DNA from: a phage
Reading direction: 5' to 3' (one strand)
Length of the DNA: 64,000 nt
Sequence record: PZ000613.1
In this document: positions 18,562 to 27,221 of the stretch, one piece after another
Layout of the letters: each line of letters begins with the position of its first letter
Position numbering within the stretch: the stretch's first letter is position 1
The notes under the pieces: generated by a model
What the model was told of the DNA's origin: nothing
Database searches by the model: none
The model's input: the letters and a program-made list of their open reading frames with translations, nothing else
Made by a program: the position numbers and the translations under genes

Positions 18562-19461
18562 ATGGCTAAAATCTTTAATCTGGTAAAAGAATCTGGCTTT
18601 AACGCACTGGCTAACAACATCCGTAGCAATAACGCGGCTATCAAACAAGATGTTTCTAATTTTCTGTTAGGGCACTTACAGCACTTTCGTAGCAACGGCA
18701 AGAAGTTAGATGTATTGCAATCGGCGGTAGATTTTCTGTTAACCGAACGTTTCCGCGATATGGACGTGATCGCCACTGCAATCACTTTCTTAACACCTAT
18801 CAAATATAACACCGAGGCGGCGAACGGTCGTAAAAAGTGGATTAATCTGGAAGGTGAGGCGAAAGCGAAAGAAGATGCGAAAGAAGCGCAGATCAAGGCG
18901 AAAATGGAACAAAACCGCGCTCGCTGGTCGAATGCTTTCGAGAATTTTGCTTTAGGTCGTGAAATTGAAGTGGATAACCCTAACTTCTTTAAAGGCTGCA
19001 ATGACAACGTGGCGGCCCACCTTCAAATACCGGCGAAAAACAAGGAAGATTTTAATCAGGATATTTACGCTTTAGTTGAACGCTTGAATGCAATCCGTAT
19101 CGAAGCCAAATTGCTGGCTGATGAGCGCAACGGCGCTACCAGTGATAACACTATTGCCTTAAGTGAAGAAGTGGGCAAGGTTAAAAAATCTTTCGACACA
19201 CTGATCAAGAAAGTCACGGCCTCAACGGTAGCGATCTCCGATGACTATCTGATGAACGCATCAAGCAAAGAACTGGAGTCACTTGATTCATACGCCGATG
19301 AAATGGAAAAGGCTGTTACAGCTATGCAAGAGAAGTTAGAAAGTCTGCGCGGTCGTATCTCCTCAACGGTTGCTACCCGTACCGAACAAGCGGCGAAAGC
19401 AGAAGAGGAAGAAGTATTGCGTAAAGCGGCTGAAATTATGGCGGCACGTCAGGCGGCATAA
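18562..19461 (+). CDS. hypothetical early protein, Lys/Glu/Ala-rich helical (300 aa)
   Basis: ATG with AAAGGTGA RBS; first sizable ORF after the promoter array; terminator follows. Confidence 0.55.
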   Translation: MAKIFNLVKESGFNALANNIRSNNAAIKQDVSNFLLGHLQHFRSNGKKLDVLQSAVDFLLTERFRDMDVIATAITFLTPIKYNTEAANGRKKWINLEGEAKAKEDAKEAQIKAKMEQNRARWSNAFENFALGREIEVDNPNFFKGCNDNVAAHLQIPAKNKEDFNQDIYALVERLNAIRIEAKLLADERNGATSDNTIALSEEVGKVKKSFDTLIKKVTASTVAISDDYLMNASSKELESLDSYADEMEKAVTAMQEKLESLRGRISSTVATRTEQAAKAEEEEVLRKAAEIMAARQAA

Positions 19462-19483
19462 GTAAGACAATTCGAATAAACAT

Positions 19484-19519
19484 AAGGCGCTATCTTAACG
19501 GGTAGCGCCTTTTCTTTTA
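19484..19519 (+). terminator. rho-independent terminator
   Basis: AGGCGCTATC-loop-GGTAGCGCCT hairpin followed by TTTTCTTTT. Confidence 0.55.
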
Positions 19520-19563
19520 TCAGTGCATTGATTTAGTGCATTAATCAAAGAATCTAATCAAAG

Positions 19564-19791
19564 GTGACGATCATGTTAATTACACATACCACGATCTATA
19601 GGAATCTTGTCAACGGTCAACATTACCGCCTATCTAAAAAGTATGGCGTTGAATGTAAATGTGTTATTACCGGTGAATGGTATCCGTCGCCAATGAAAAT
19701 TGAAACGTTGGAACGTGAAGCGATCAGTTATATTATCACGCAAGAAACAACGCTAGGCCGTATCTTAAGAAAGTTGGGATTAAGAAAATGA
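19564..19791 (+). CDS. hypothetical protein (75 aa)
   Basis: ORF with RBS AAAGGTGA. Confidence 0.45.
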   Translation: MTIMLITHTTIYRNLVNGQHYRLSKKYGVECKCVITGEWYPSPMKIETLEREAISYIITQETTLGRILRKLGLRK

Positions 19792-20012
19792 TATTCAGTA
19801 GTAATTTTGGCAAGTGTCCTATTTGTGAGAAACATCGCAGCACGGGGAATCATCGCAAATGTAGTAAGATACTACAGCGCCAACGCGATAACAGTCATTG
19901 GGATACTGTACACACTAACCAGCGTAAAGAAGAAGTTAGAAAAATGGCTGTTAAAGCGTCGTTTGCTCAATCCACACGTATTGAACACATTCAAAGGTAT
20001 CAAGCATTATGA
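19788..20012 (+). CDS. hypothetical Cys-containing small protein (74 aa)
   Basis: ATGA overlap with the upstream gene; CPICEKH motif. An alternative frame 19807-20019 also exists. Confidence 0.35.
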   Translation: MIFSSNFGKCPICEKHRSTGNHRKCSKILQRQRDNSHWDTVHTNQRKEEVRKMAVKASFAQSTRIEHIQRYQAL

Positions 20013-20218
20013 TCACTAATATTTCAGAGTTTAAGAAAGCACCTTCCCGCTTGTTAGGCCGTCGTGTTGTATACCTTTACAGCAACAAAGGTAAATGTAC
20101 AACCGGACGAATTACAACGGTAAGCAGTGCCAATAAGAAACTACTAAAATTATGCGTAGCTATGGATGACGGTACAATCCTTCTACGTAGTTGGAAATCA
20201 TTTAGTTTACTTGATTAA
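20009..20218 (+). CDS. hypothetical protein (69 aa)
   Basis: ATGA start/stop overlap with the previous ORF. Confidence 0.4.
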   Translation: MITNISEFKKAPSRLLGRRVVYLYSNKGKCTTGRITTVSSANKKLLKLCVAMDDGTILLRSWKSFSLLD

Positions 20219-20287
20219 GTTATTTGTTCAAGCCTATCTCCTTGATGGGCTTGCCCGATATAACTTATCACTGAAAGGAATAAGATT

Positions 20288-20731
20288 GTGGCTAAATCTA
20301 AAATCAGCATGAAGGGCGGGCGTTGTTTTTCTATCTCTGAACTGGAGAAAGAGAAACCAAAGGCAACCAATCACGTTAGCAAGCGTAGTTTAAAACGTCG
20401 TGCTGTAAAGGCTGTGGCTGAATCTCATATTCCTTCCAGTGTGGCAAAACGTGTAGGCCATCGTGTCCATCGTGCTGATGCGTTGTTGTTAGCTGATCAT
20501 AAACGTTCTCTGTTAAAGAGCGGGGGAGCTAAAACAGAAGAAGAGAAGAAGTTAGAAATCTTCTGTAATGGTCGCACTCGAGGTAAACAGAAGTTTAAGG
20601 GGAGCACGAAAGACCCTCAGGCATTCCCTAAGACAAGCCAGTGTGCACCTGATGTTTTCTACGCAGATAGTAAACACAAGTGGGGCGTTGAGAAATACAT
20701 TGACCCCATCAAAGAGGCAAGGGTTAAGTAG
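20288..20731 (+). CDS. hypothetical basic protein (147 aa, GTG start)
   Basis: Lys/Arg-rich ORF with GTG start after AAAGGAA. Confidence 0.4.
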   Translation: MAKSKISMKGGRCFSISELEKEKPKATNHVSKRSLKRRAVKAVAESHIPSSVAKRVGHRVHRADALLLADHKRSLLKSGGAKTEEEKKLEIFCNGRTRGKQKFKGSTKDPQAFPKTSQCAPDVFYADSKHKWGVEKYIDPIKEARVK

Positions 20732-20892
20732 TAGGAATATAGCCCCCCCTCTTTTAGTACTATGACGCTCTTTCTGTAGCGTCGTGCCCTCTCCCCATTT
20801 GAAGCTTCCGCATAGCCGCCTTTGAGCGGCTTTTTGCGTTGCTGTAAGTGCATTTGCGAGTGTATTTATAGCAACGGTCATGTGTTGCTTTC

Positions 20893-20926
20893 AGGTTTGC
20901 CCCGGCTACGGCTGGGGCTTTTTTAT
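20893..20926 (+). terminator. rho-independent terminator
   Basis: GCCCCGGC-TACG-GCTGGGGC hairpin followed by TTTTTTA; a second hairpin plus T5 lies at about 20816-20840. Confidence 0.55.
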
Positions 20927-20973
20927 GCCCGTAAAACAGGAGGTATCAAGTTCTGATAACAACGGCCCAGCTA

Positions 20974-21363
20974 ATGTTGACATTGACTATTTATTATGAG
21001 GCAGGGAATCAGCCAACCGCATGTAAGGCTTTAGTTGCGGATACCGTAATAAATAGAATGGCACAACGAAAACTGACCGCTGAACAGGTGATAAGACAAA
21101 AGAACCAGTTTGAGTGGATTCCGGTACTATTAAAACAGGAGAAACCTTATAAACGTTATGTAAAGCTGATTCGTGATAAAAATCCGATGACTGAGCAAGC
21201 CATTGGAGAAAGCGAGCGACTTGCTAAACGTGCCCTTAAGAAGAATTATGTTCCTCTGTATAGTGGGACTTACTTTCAGAGTAAGAGCGAAGGGGTGCCA
21301 AAATGGTATGCCAATCCTATGTATTGTGGTGATTTAGTGTTCGATAATAGCTCTAGGGAATAA
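20974..21363 (+). CDS. SleB-like cell-wall hydrolase (candidate endolysin or virion lysin)
   Basis: Motifs IYYEAGNQ ... VADTVINRMAQ ... QKNQFEW match the SleB/Hydrolase_2 signature; start codon uncertain (weak RBS at the ATG, AGGAGG further upstream). Confidence 0.5.
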   Translation: MLTLTIYYEAGNQPTACKALVADTVINRMAQRKLTAEQVIRQKNQFEWIPVLLKQEKPYKRYVKLIRDKNPMTEQAIGESERLAKRALKKNYVPLYSGTYFQSKSEGVPKWYANPMYCGDLVFDNSSRE

Positions 21364-21561
21364 TCACTAGTGCCAGATTTGACAAACTAAATTCCTTTAT
21401 AAACCAACCACTTAGTAAATTTATTGAAAAAGATGGTAGTATTCTGGGACTATGGGTAATGCTCTGTATATAGACCCTTTGAAAATTTCTTAGAAAATAA
21501 GTTTACTAAATATAACTTACTTAAATAATATTACTTTTAATCTCTGATAAAGGTGAATAAT

Positions 21562-21858
21562 ATGACTTTAGAAGTATATAAATTCCTTTTTGTAAGCTGT
21601 TTAACTATCAGCGTTATAGGGTTTATTGTTCTCAGAAACAAAGCAGCAAGCTGGGAGAGAATGTATAAATCTCTAGTCCGAGTGGATGAGATGTATAATG
21701 AGAAAGTTAAAGTAACACTCAACGATCTTATTATGCAAGTTGAAGACAGAAACAAACGTCTTCAGAACCTCAACCACGAGGTGTTACGCCTTGCTCGTGC
21801 TAATGAAGACTTGCGAGTGGCTATTGCTAAGCAGCAGGAGATTAACAGTGAAAGTTAA
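21562..21858 (+). CDS. membrane-anchored coiled-coil protein (99 aa)
   Basis: RBS AAAGGTGA; N-terminal transmembrane helix followed by charged helical region. Confidence 0.45.
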   Translation: MTLEVYKFLFVSCLTISVIGFIVLRNKAASWERMYKSLVRVDEMYNEKVKVTLNDLIMQVEDRNKRLQNLNHEVLRLARANEDLRVAIAKQQEINSES

Positions 21859-22084
21859 TATTAAATCCGATCGTACAATGCTTCGCTTAAACAACATGAA
21901 GCCGGGCGTTCTATTTGAGCGTAAAGATTCCCTTTACATTAGAACCGACACCCTGTACGCAGATAATTATGTCAACTGTGTTGATGTGGTAACTGGAAAG
22001 CTCATGCCTTTTAAACGGGATGAAGTCTGCCAAGTACGTAACGATCTCCACATAACCAACATAGAGGCTAAAGATGAAGATTGA
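21848..22084 (+). CDS. small paralog-family protein (GTG start, 78 aa)
   Basis: Shares the L-x-x-G-x-x-F ... V-x-L ... V-P-V pattern with eight other small ORFs in 22074-28669. Confidence 0.4.
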   Translation: MKVNIKSDRTMLRLNNMKPGVLFERKDSLYIRTDTLYADNYVNCVDVVTGKLMPFKRDEVCQVRNDLHITNIEAKDED

Positions 22085-22325
22085 TCTTGAGTTGAAGAGT
22101 CCGGAGCTAAAAGTGGGTGATTTGAAACTTGGAGATGTATTCCAAGTGAAGGCAACATGTATTGACCATTACATGATTGTTCAGCTATACACACCACATG
22201 TATCAGAGACTGATCTTCGGGATGGTTGTGTGGTTCTTAGTTTACGTACTAATCAAGTGATGAAGCTAGACCCAAACTTACCTGTTTCAGTTATCCATGA
22301 TGTAGTAATTACTAATCGGAAGTGA
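22074..22325 (+). CDS. small paralog-family protein (83 aa)
   Basis: Family pattern KVGDLKLGDVFQV ... VLSLRT ... LPVSVI. Confidence 0.5.
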   Translation: MKIDLELKSPELKVGDLKLGDVFQVKATCIDHYMIVQLYTPHVSETDLRDGCVVLSLRTNQVMKLDPNLPVSVIHDVVITNRK

Positions 22326-22633
22326 GTATGTCTGTTTCTTCTTTTGTAATATGCAAACCAACCGTAATAATTCGTGCTCAAATGAAACACTGTTCTGGTG
22401 TCACATATCTAGAGTTCGATCATAGTGATAGCCGATATAATCCCGGATTTACAGTGGCGATTAAATCTCCGTGGTTTAATATGACATTGTTGCCGGAAGA
22501 AGTAGAGTCAGCGTGTCGTGGCATCAAGACGGGGAGTTTGAGTCTTCTGTCCTCTAACTTAGGGGACGAGTTTATGCCTTTGATTCAGAAAGGTGTGGCT
22601 AACGTTCGTAAGATGAAGGAAGCGGTTAAGTAA
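22322..22633 (+). CDS. hypothetical protein (103 aa)
   Basis: ORF with ATGA-type overlap to the upstream gene. Confidence 0.45.
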   Translation: MSMSVSSFVICKPTVIIRAQMKHCSGVTYLEFDHSDSRYNPGFTVAIKSPWFNMTLLPEEVESACRGIKTGSLSLLSSNLGDEFMPLIQKGVANVRKMKEAVK

Positions 22634-23121
22634 CACCGACTTATAGCCCTTGTGTCTATCAGAGGGCTATGTGAGGGTGTTCCTCATTAACTTATTAATT
22701 CAGGCATATGCCACACCGCTAGGGAGAGCTTGCTCGAACATCCGGTGTTAGACTAAAACCTGTTAATTTTCGAAAGACTTTCTGATATGTAGGGGTACAT
22801 ATTGGTTTGGGATTCAGGAGACTTCCTAGGGGTAGGGAGTCTTCACCAGTTGGAATAAGAGATAGCTCTAGAACCTGAACTCTTAGGCAGAGAAGGTCGG
22901 CAATGAGTACGCGGTCAGGATTAGTCTACTGACTAGGGCTATCCCTTATATCAACTGGCAATAATGCCTCCACTAACAAAGAGAGATAGGTATGAAAGTA
23001 TCAACCAAACGTATGAACCGCCCTGAACGTATGGATGCAGTAGCTAACGGTGCTCTGAAACTGGAAGGCTTCTGGATTCATGCAATGTCAGCTGTTCGTA
23101 ACAAGCAAGGCAATTGGACCT

Positions 23122-23331
23122 ATGCCGGTTAAAACAGTTCATGTAATAGGTATGCGAGAAATCATTCGCATTGCCTTGATGGAACACACTGAACGTAACA
23201 TGCAACTAACTCAAATCTCTAAGTGTCTTAATTGCTCAAGAGATGTGGCTAAGGAGTTGATGTTCGCATTCCTGTATAATGCAGAAGACGGGACGCTACA
23301 GAATCATCTGATTCGTGGTGTGAGTCAATAA
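23122..23331 (+). CDS. hypothetical protein (69 aa; start uncertain)
   Basis: ORF ending just before a terminator; start chosen at the first ATG after the upstream small ORF. Confidence 0.35.
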   Translation: MPVKTVHVIGMREIIRIALMEHTERNMQLTQISKCLNCSRDVAKELMFAFLYNAEDGTLQNHLIRGVSQ

Positions 23332-23336
23332 AGAGA

Positions 23337-23366
23337 GGCTGCCTTCGGGCGGCCTTTGTTGTTTTA
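23337..23366 (+). terminator. rho-independent terminator
   Basis: AGGCTGCC-TTCG-GGCGGCCT hairpin followed by TTGTTGTTTT. Confidence 0.55.
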
Positions 23367-23409
23367 ACTAAGGGACAACTCTTACTTAAACTAACAAGAG
23401 GAAGCTAAA

Positions 23410-23586
23410 ATGTCTAAGCAAACAATCAAACATACGCAAGCTGGTTACTCTTATGTCAACTCTCCTTGCTGTGGTGCTCGTGTTAATCTGGTTAAGGAAG
23501 AGGTTCGTATCGTTCAGCGTGGAGCTACTGTTGTTCGTTCATGCTGTGTCTGTGGTAATGATATTTTCATTAAAGGTAAAGTATGA
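23410..23586 (+). CDS. small Cys-rich zinc-ribbon-like protein (58 aa)
   Basis: RBS GAGGAAG; paired Cys clusters (CCGARV ... CCVCGND); stop overlaps the next start. Confidence 0.4.
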   Translation: MSKQTIKHTQAGYSYVNSPCCGARVNLVKEEVRIVQRGATVVRSCCVCGNDIFIKGKV

Positions 23587-23810
23587 ATATTGTTTTAGAT
23601 TCAACTAAACCAAATCAAAAGACTTTCCGAGATTTGAGTGTGGGTTCTGTTTTCTCACTTGATGATTGCCCTTGTGATAGAAAGAAATTCTACATGAAGA
23701 TTGGGGGAGGTTTTTCTGTAAATCTATCACACCCTGCTCATAAACTCTCATTCGCTGGTCAAGTACCAGTTACAGAATATAAAGCAACTCTTAAGTTAGA
23801 GGAAATGTAA
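23583..23810 (+). CDS. small paralog-family protein (75 aa)
   Basis: Family pattern FRDLSVGSVFSL ... VPVTEY. Confidence 0.5.
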   Translation: MNIVLDSTKPNQKTFRDLSVGSVFSLDDCPCDRKKFYMKIGGGFSVNLSHPAHKLSFAGQVPVTEYKATLKLEEM

Positions 23811-24061
23811 TGAAAAACTTCCAAGCTGCACCAATAACTAAAGTGATTGAAGTTGACGGTGTAATGATGACTGTTCCTCTGAACACTCGTTACATTGCAA
23901 TTGACAAGATGGGTTATGTATGGGCTTGGAAGATTAAGCCTAGCTATAACGCATTATTTGATGAGTTTGTTTGTACTGGTACGTACAGTCCTACATTCTT
24001 AGGTTTGTTTGGAGAGTTTGACGGTCAGTATAAAATCATCACTCTCCCTGCTTGTGCTTGA
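23810..24061 (+). CDS. hypothetical protein (83 aa)
   Basis: ORF with overlapping stop/start to the upstream gene. Confidence 0.45.
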   Translation: MKNFQAAPITKVIEVDGVMMTVPLNTRYIAIDKMGYVWAWKIKPSYNALFDEFVCTGTYSPTFLGLFGEFDGQYKIITLPACA

Positions 24062-24068
24062 GGTTAAT

Positions 24069-24245
24069 GTGAGAGTAAAGCAAATCCATAAAGACTACTG
24101 GAGAGTCGCTGATAGTGAAAACCAAAGGCTTGCAGGAATCTCTCTTATAGGTCAATGGTTTGTTGTAACTTCTGCCGCAGGTCAGTATGTTGGACGGTTT
24201 CGTTCCCTAAATGAAGCTATATCCTTTTCTATCAAAGGTTCTTGA
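24069..24245 (+). CDS. hypothetical protein (GTG start, 58 aa)
   Basis: ORF in operon context; start uncertain. Confidence 0.3.
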   Translation: MRVKQIHKDYWRVADSENQRLAGISLIGQWFVVTSAAGQYVGRFRSLNEAISFSIKGS

Positions 24246-24246
24246 T

Positions 24247-24411
24247 ATGATCAAGTGGTTTAAACGTTTCTTCCATCTCCATGATTGGGAGACAATAAAA
24301 GAAATTCGTTTACACATATACAATGAGATCGGTCAAATAGAAGACACAGGTACTCGTTATATACTTCGATGTAAAACATGTGGTCATATCACCAAGCGAG
24401 ATATGATCTAA
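24247..24411 (+). CDS. small zinc-finger-like protein (54 aa)
   Basis: CKTCGH motif; starts 1 nt after the upstream stop. Confidence 0.35.
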   Translation: MIKWFKRFFHLHDWETIKEIRLHIYNEIGQIEDTGTRYILRCKTCGHITKRDMI

Positions 24412-24419
24412 ATAATTCT

Positions 24420-24495
24420 GCGCTCTTAGCTCAATGGATAGAGCAGTAGCCTTCTAAGCTATTGGTTACAGGTTCGAGTCCTGTAGGGCGCACCA
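24420..24495 (+). tRNA. tRNA-Arg (anticodon UCU), CCA encoded
   Basis: Cloverleaf read by eye: acceptor GCGCTCT/AGGGCGC, D-arm GCTC-AATGGAT-AGAGC, anticodon stem GTAGC/GCTAT with loop CTTCTAA (UCU), T-arm ACAGG-TTCGAGT-CCTGT, discriminator A plus CCA. Confidence 0.85.
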
Positions 24496-24635
24496 CATTT
24501 AGGGCTAGTATGGGTGCGGCACCAGAGTTAGTGTATCCCTGTTGAGGCAAGTGCTTTTATAACAGTGGGAATTACTTTCTTAGTGAGCTTCTGGTTCGAT
24601 TCCAGATAGTCCACCAAATCAAATAGGAGGTAGTT

Positions 24636-24917
24636 ATGAGTTGGGGTGGTGTAATATCCTTAATCTGTATCTTCCTTGTCTGCATAGCCCTTACAGGCTG
24701 CGTACAGAGCCGTCCTGATGGATGGTGTGCAGTAGCAGTGGAAGGTATTTGTGTTTCTCGCTGGCACCAAGGCGAGAAGGTTCCTTCTGGTGAAATTGAT
24801 ATGCGTTACAGTGGTATCTCATGTCTTAACGGTGCAGCAGTAGATGAGGAGACTAAAACCTTATCCAATGCTCAATGGTGTGGCGGTTCTGTAACAACAA
24901 CCGGTAAGGAGTGGTAA
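24636..24917 (+). CDS. lipoprotein (93 aa)
   Basis: Strong RBS AGGAGG; signal peptide ending in lipobox LTGC; several further Cys residues. Confidence 0.55.
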   Translation: MSWGGVISLICIFLVCIALTGCVQSRPDGWCAVAVEGICVSRWHQGEKVPSGEIDMRYSGISCLNGAAVDEETKTLSNAQWCGGSVTTTGKEW

Positions 24918-24918
24918 T

Positions 24919-25167
24919 ATGACAGCTCATTATTGGAATACAAAGAAGCTTCTTGAAGAGATGGCTGGAGGTAGTAGGGTACAGTTAATCTCTATGCTTC
25001 GAATGGATGCTCGCTCCTTACGCTTCCAAGTAAAGATTGGTAACTTCAGTGACGGCCTTTATTACACGCTGAAGGAAAGGATTAAGAAGACTCACTTCAT
25101 CATGTACGGAATCAAACCGAGAACGTACGTTAACTACATGTATTGGAATACATGCTACGATAATTGA
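24919..25167 (+). CDS. hypothetical protein (82 aa)
   Basis: ORF starting 1 nt after the upstream stop. Confidence 0.4.
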   Translation: MTAHYWNTKKLLEEMAGGSRVQLISMLRMDARSLRFQVKIGNFSDGLYYTLKERIKKTHFIMYGIKPRTYVNYMYWNTCYDN

Positions 25168-25174
25168 GGTTATT

Positions 25175-25396
25175 ATGAAACTAGACTCTAAGCAGTCACT
25201 TAAAACCGTTGAGCTGTCCACTCTGCCAAACGGAAGTATTTTTGGTCATGATAAACACTTCTGGATTAAAACAGACATCATAAACGATGGATATATCACC
25301 TGTGTCAATCTTTGGAACGGCTCAGTGGATGGCTATCGCCCTAGCGCAAAGGTGGTGCCTCAGCCTGATGCAAAGGCTACAGGTTTGGTTTACTAA
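25175..25396 (+). CDS. small paralog-family protein (73 aa)
   Basis: Family pattern TVELSTLPNGSIF ... ITCVNLWNGSVDG. Confidence 0.5.
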   Translation: MKLDSKQSLKTVELSTLPNGSIFGHDKHFWIKTDIINDGYITCVNLWNGSVDGYRPSAKVVPQPDAKATGLVY

Positions 25397-25698
25397 GGAG
25401 TTCAGTATAAATGAAACTCAAACGAATGCTTTTTCGAAATGGAATGTACACTCTCCGAGAATCCCCTAAAGGGGACACTACAAAGTGGAGTGTAGGGGAT
25501 TGGATTTCATTCATAGATGAGAAGGGCAGCTGGATTCTCGAGTAACAGGAGCCTGTATGAGTTGTTTTGGTGGCGGTGAAGTGGATGACGATGATGATAT
25601 GGAATCTAACGGTACATGTCCTGATTGTGGATGTGAGACGTGGGATGGCGTGTCAGTGTATCCTGCCTGTAGTTACTCACCAGTGATCTGTAAAACAT

Positions 25699-25956
25699 GT
25701 GGAGATCAACCTTGTGACCAGTCTTGTTAGTGTGTTAATAGCCTATTTAATAGGGTCAGTAGTATCAGGTGTTCTAATTAAGATCATAGATGTTAAAGGT
25801 AATCAGTGTTTCAGAGGTTGGGATGGTGAACCAGATCTCGGAAAGATAGCAGCTATGGTTTTCTTATGGCCTATTATTGCTGTACTGTTTATAGCACTTG
25901 TAGCATGGGCTGCCCTTTGGGATTTCATCCTTCCTAACAAAAAGTATGAGGACTAA
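25699..25956 (+). CDS. small membrane protein (start uncertain)
   Basis: Two predicted transmembrane helices; shares an LWPI motif with the 26099 ORF. Confidence 0.35.
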   Translation: MEINLVTSLVSVLIAYLIGSVVSGVLIKIIDVKGNQCFRGWDGEPDLGKIAAMVFLWPIIAVLFIALVAWAALWDFILPNKKYED

Positions 25957-26098
25957 TGACTGAAGAATTTTTAAAGTGGTTTGGTGATACCTTCAAAGAG
26001 TATCTATTCTCTCCAGAAGACTTTGAAGAACTGAAAACCTACACTTGGTTGGCTTGGAGAGATAGCCGACGAAAGTTGAACAAGTAAGAGACGATTAA

Positions 26099-26356
26099 AT
26101 GGGTTTACTTGATATTTTTATCTCAGTTTACTTTATTGGAGTATTCCTTTCTGTTTTAGTGCTGAAACTACTATACAAGAAAGGTCTACTAAAAGGGGTC
26201 ATTACAACAGGGTCTACCAGCTCTGAACCTGATGAGATGATGGTTGTGATCTTAATTGTGTTATGGCCCATCTCAATACTGGCAGGAGTCTGTTATCCGA
26301 TAGGTTGGCTTCTGTCTAAAGCATATGATGCAGTTATACGTTTTATATTTAAGTAA
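26099..26356 (+). CDS. small membrane protein (85 aa)
   Basis: Two hydrophobic helices (ISVYFIGVFLSVLVL, VVILIVLWPISILAGV). Confidence 0.45.
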   Translation: MGLLDIFISVYFIGVFLSVLVLKLLYKKGLLKGVITTGSTSSEPDEMMVVILIVLWPISILAGVCYPIGWLLSKAYDAVIRFIFK

Positions 26357-26596
26357 TATCGTGAAGGATTCTTACGAGAGTCCTTTGAGATAGGACTTCA
26401 GATCTCCTATCAAACTAACATTCATGTAACTAGCCCATAAGGGCGTTACCCTTTAATAACCCAGCCCACTAAGGGGGCGGGAGTTTAGTGCTGGATTGGC
26501 TTTACGCTTATTCCTACAAAGGCAACCGATTGTTAGATCTTACATGCAATATTAACTAATAGGGTAAGGGAGGATTCGTCCCCTCCCCCTATTTTA

Positions 26597-26625
26597 TTGA
26601 ATCTTTATCTAAGCAAGTCTTATAT
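26597..26625 (+). promoter_or_regulatory. candidate sigma70-type promoter TTGAAT-17-TTATAT
   Basis: Follows a GGGAGG...CCTCCC hairpin; about 20 nt upstream of the RBS of the 26647 gene. Confidence 0.35.
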
Positions 26626-26646
26626 AAATGTTTAATTGGAGGATGT

Positions 26647-26958
26647 ATGAAAGCACGAAGAACTATATGGACTCCTATGCAGATTGAAAACCTTCGGAGA
26701 CTAATCAAAGAGTACTCGGTTCAAGAAGTTGCTCAGATTATGAATGTAACGGAGAATGCTGTTAACACAGCTTGCACTAAATTCGGAATATCAAGAGCTT
26801 CAATCCGAGTTAAATGGTCTGAAGAAGAAGACCAGTTCCTTATCCGTAATGCTGGGTTCATGTCTATTCAGAGAATGGCTGACATGCTCGGTAGAAGTTA
26901 TGCTGCTGTACAGAACAGGGCATGTATGCACCTTAACATTAGCCTCAAACTTAAATAG
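26647..26958 (+). CDS. putative DNA-binding regulator with two helix-turn-helix-like repeats (103 aa)
   Basis: RBS GGAGGA; internally repeated segment (VQEVAQIMNVTENAVNTAC / IQRMADMLGRSYAAVQNRAC). Confidence 0.45.
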   Translation: MKARRTIWTPMQIENLRRLIKEYSVQEVAQIMNVTENAVNTACTKFGISRASIRVKWSEEEDQFLIRNAGFMSIQRMADMLGRSYAAVQNRACMHLNISLKLK

Positions 26959-26966
26959 GAATCGAT

Positions 26967-27221
26967 ATGAAAGTTAACGAGTTGAACAAAACCATCAAGA
27001 CTGTGAAACTCCACACTCTAAAGAATGGTGACACATTCCGTAAAGAGGAGAACGGCCCAATCCACATGGTGTGTACTGCGTCGTCTACCAATTGGGTGGA
27101 AGTTGCACGAGATCGAATTGTGTGCGTAAGACTGGAAGATGGCAGTCTGAGTGGTCCGGTTGACGGCATCTCTGTCATACCGGTCAAAGTTGAAGCTAAC
27201 GTTATTAAGGGTTCTAAATGA
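26967..27221 (+). CDS. small paralog-family protein (84 aa)
   Basis: Family pattern TVKLHTLKNGDTF ... VRLEDGSL ... VIPV. Confidence 0.55.
   Translation: MKVNELNKTIKTVKLHTLKNGDTFRKEENGPIHMVCTASSTNWVEVARDRIVCVRLEDGSLSGPVDGISVIPVKVEANVIKGSK

Noticed and set aside
24496-24618. A complete second tRNA gene next to tRNA-Arg
   Set aside because: Only a T-arm and 3' acceptor strand are convincing; no 5' acceptor strand at tRNA distance and no D or anticodon arms could be folded by eye. Kept as a low-confidence finding, not a feature.
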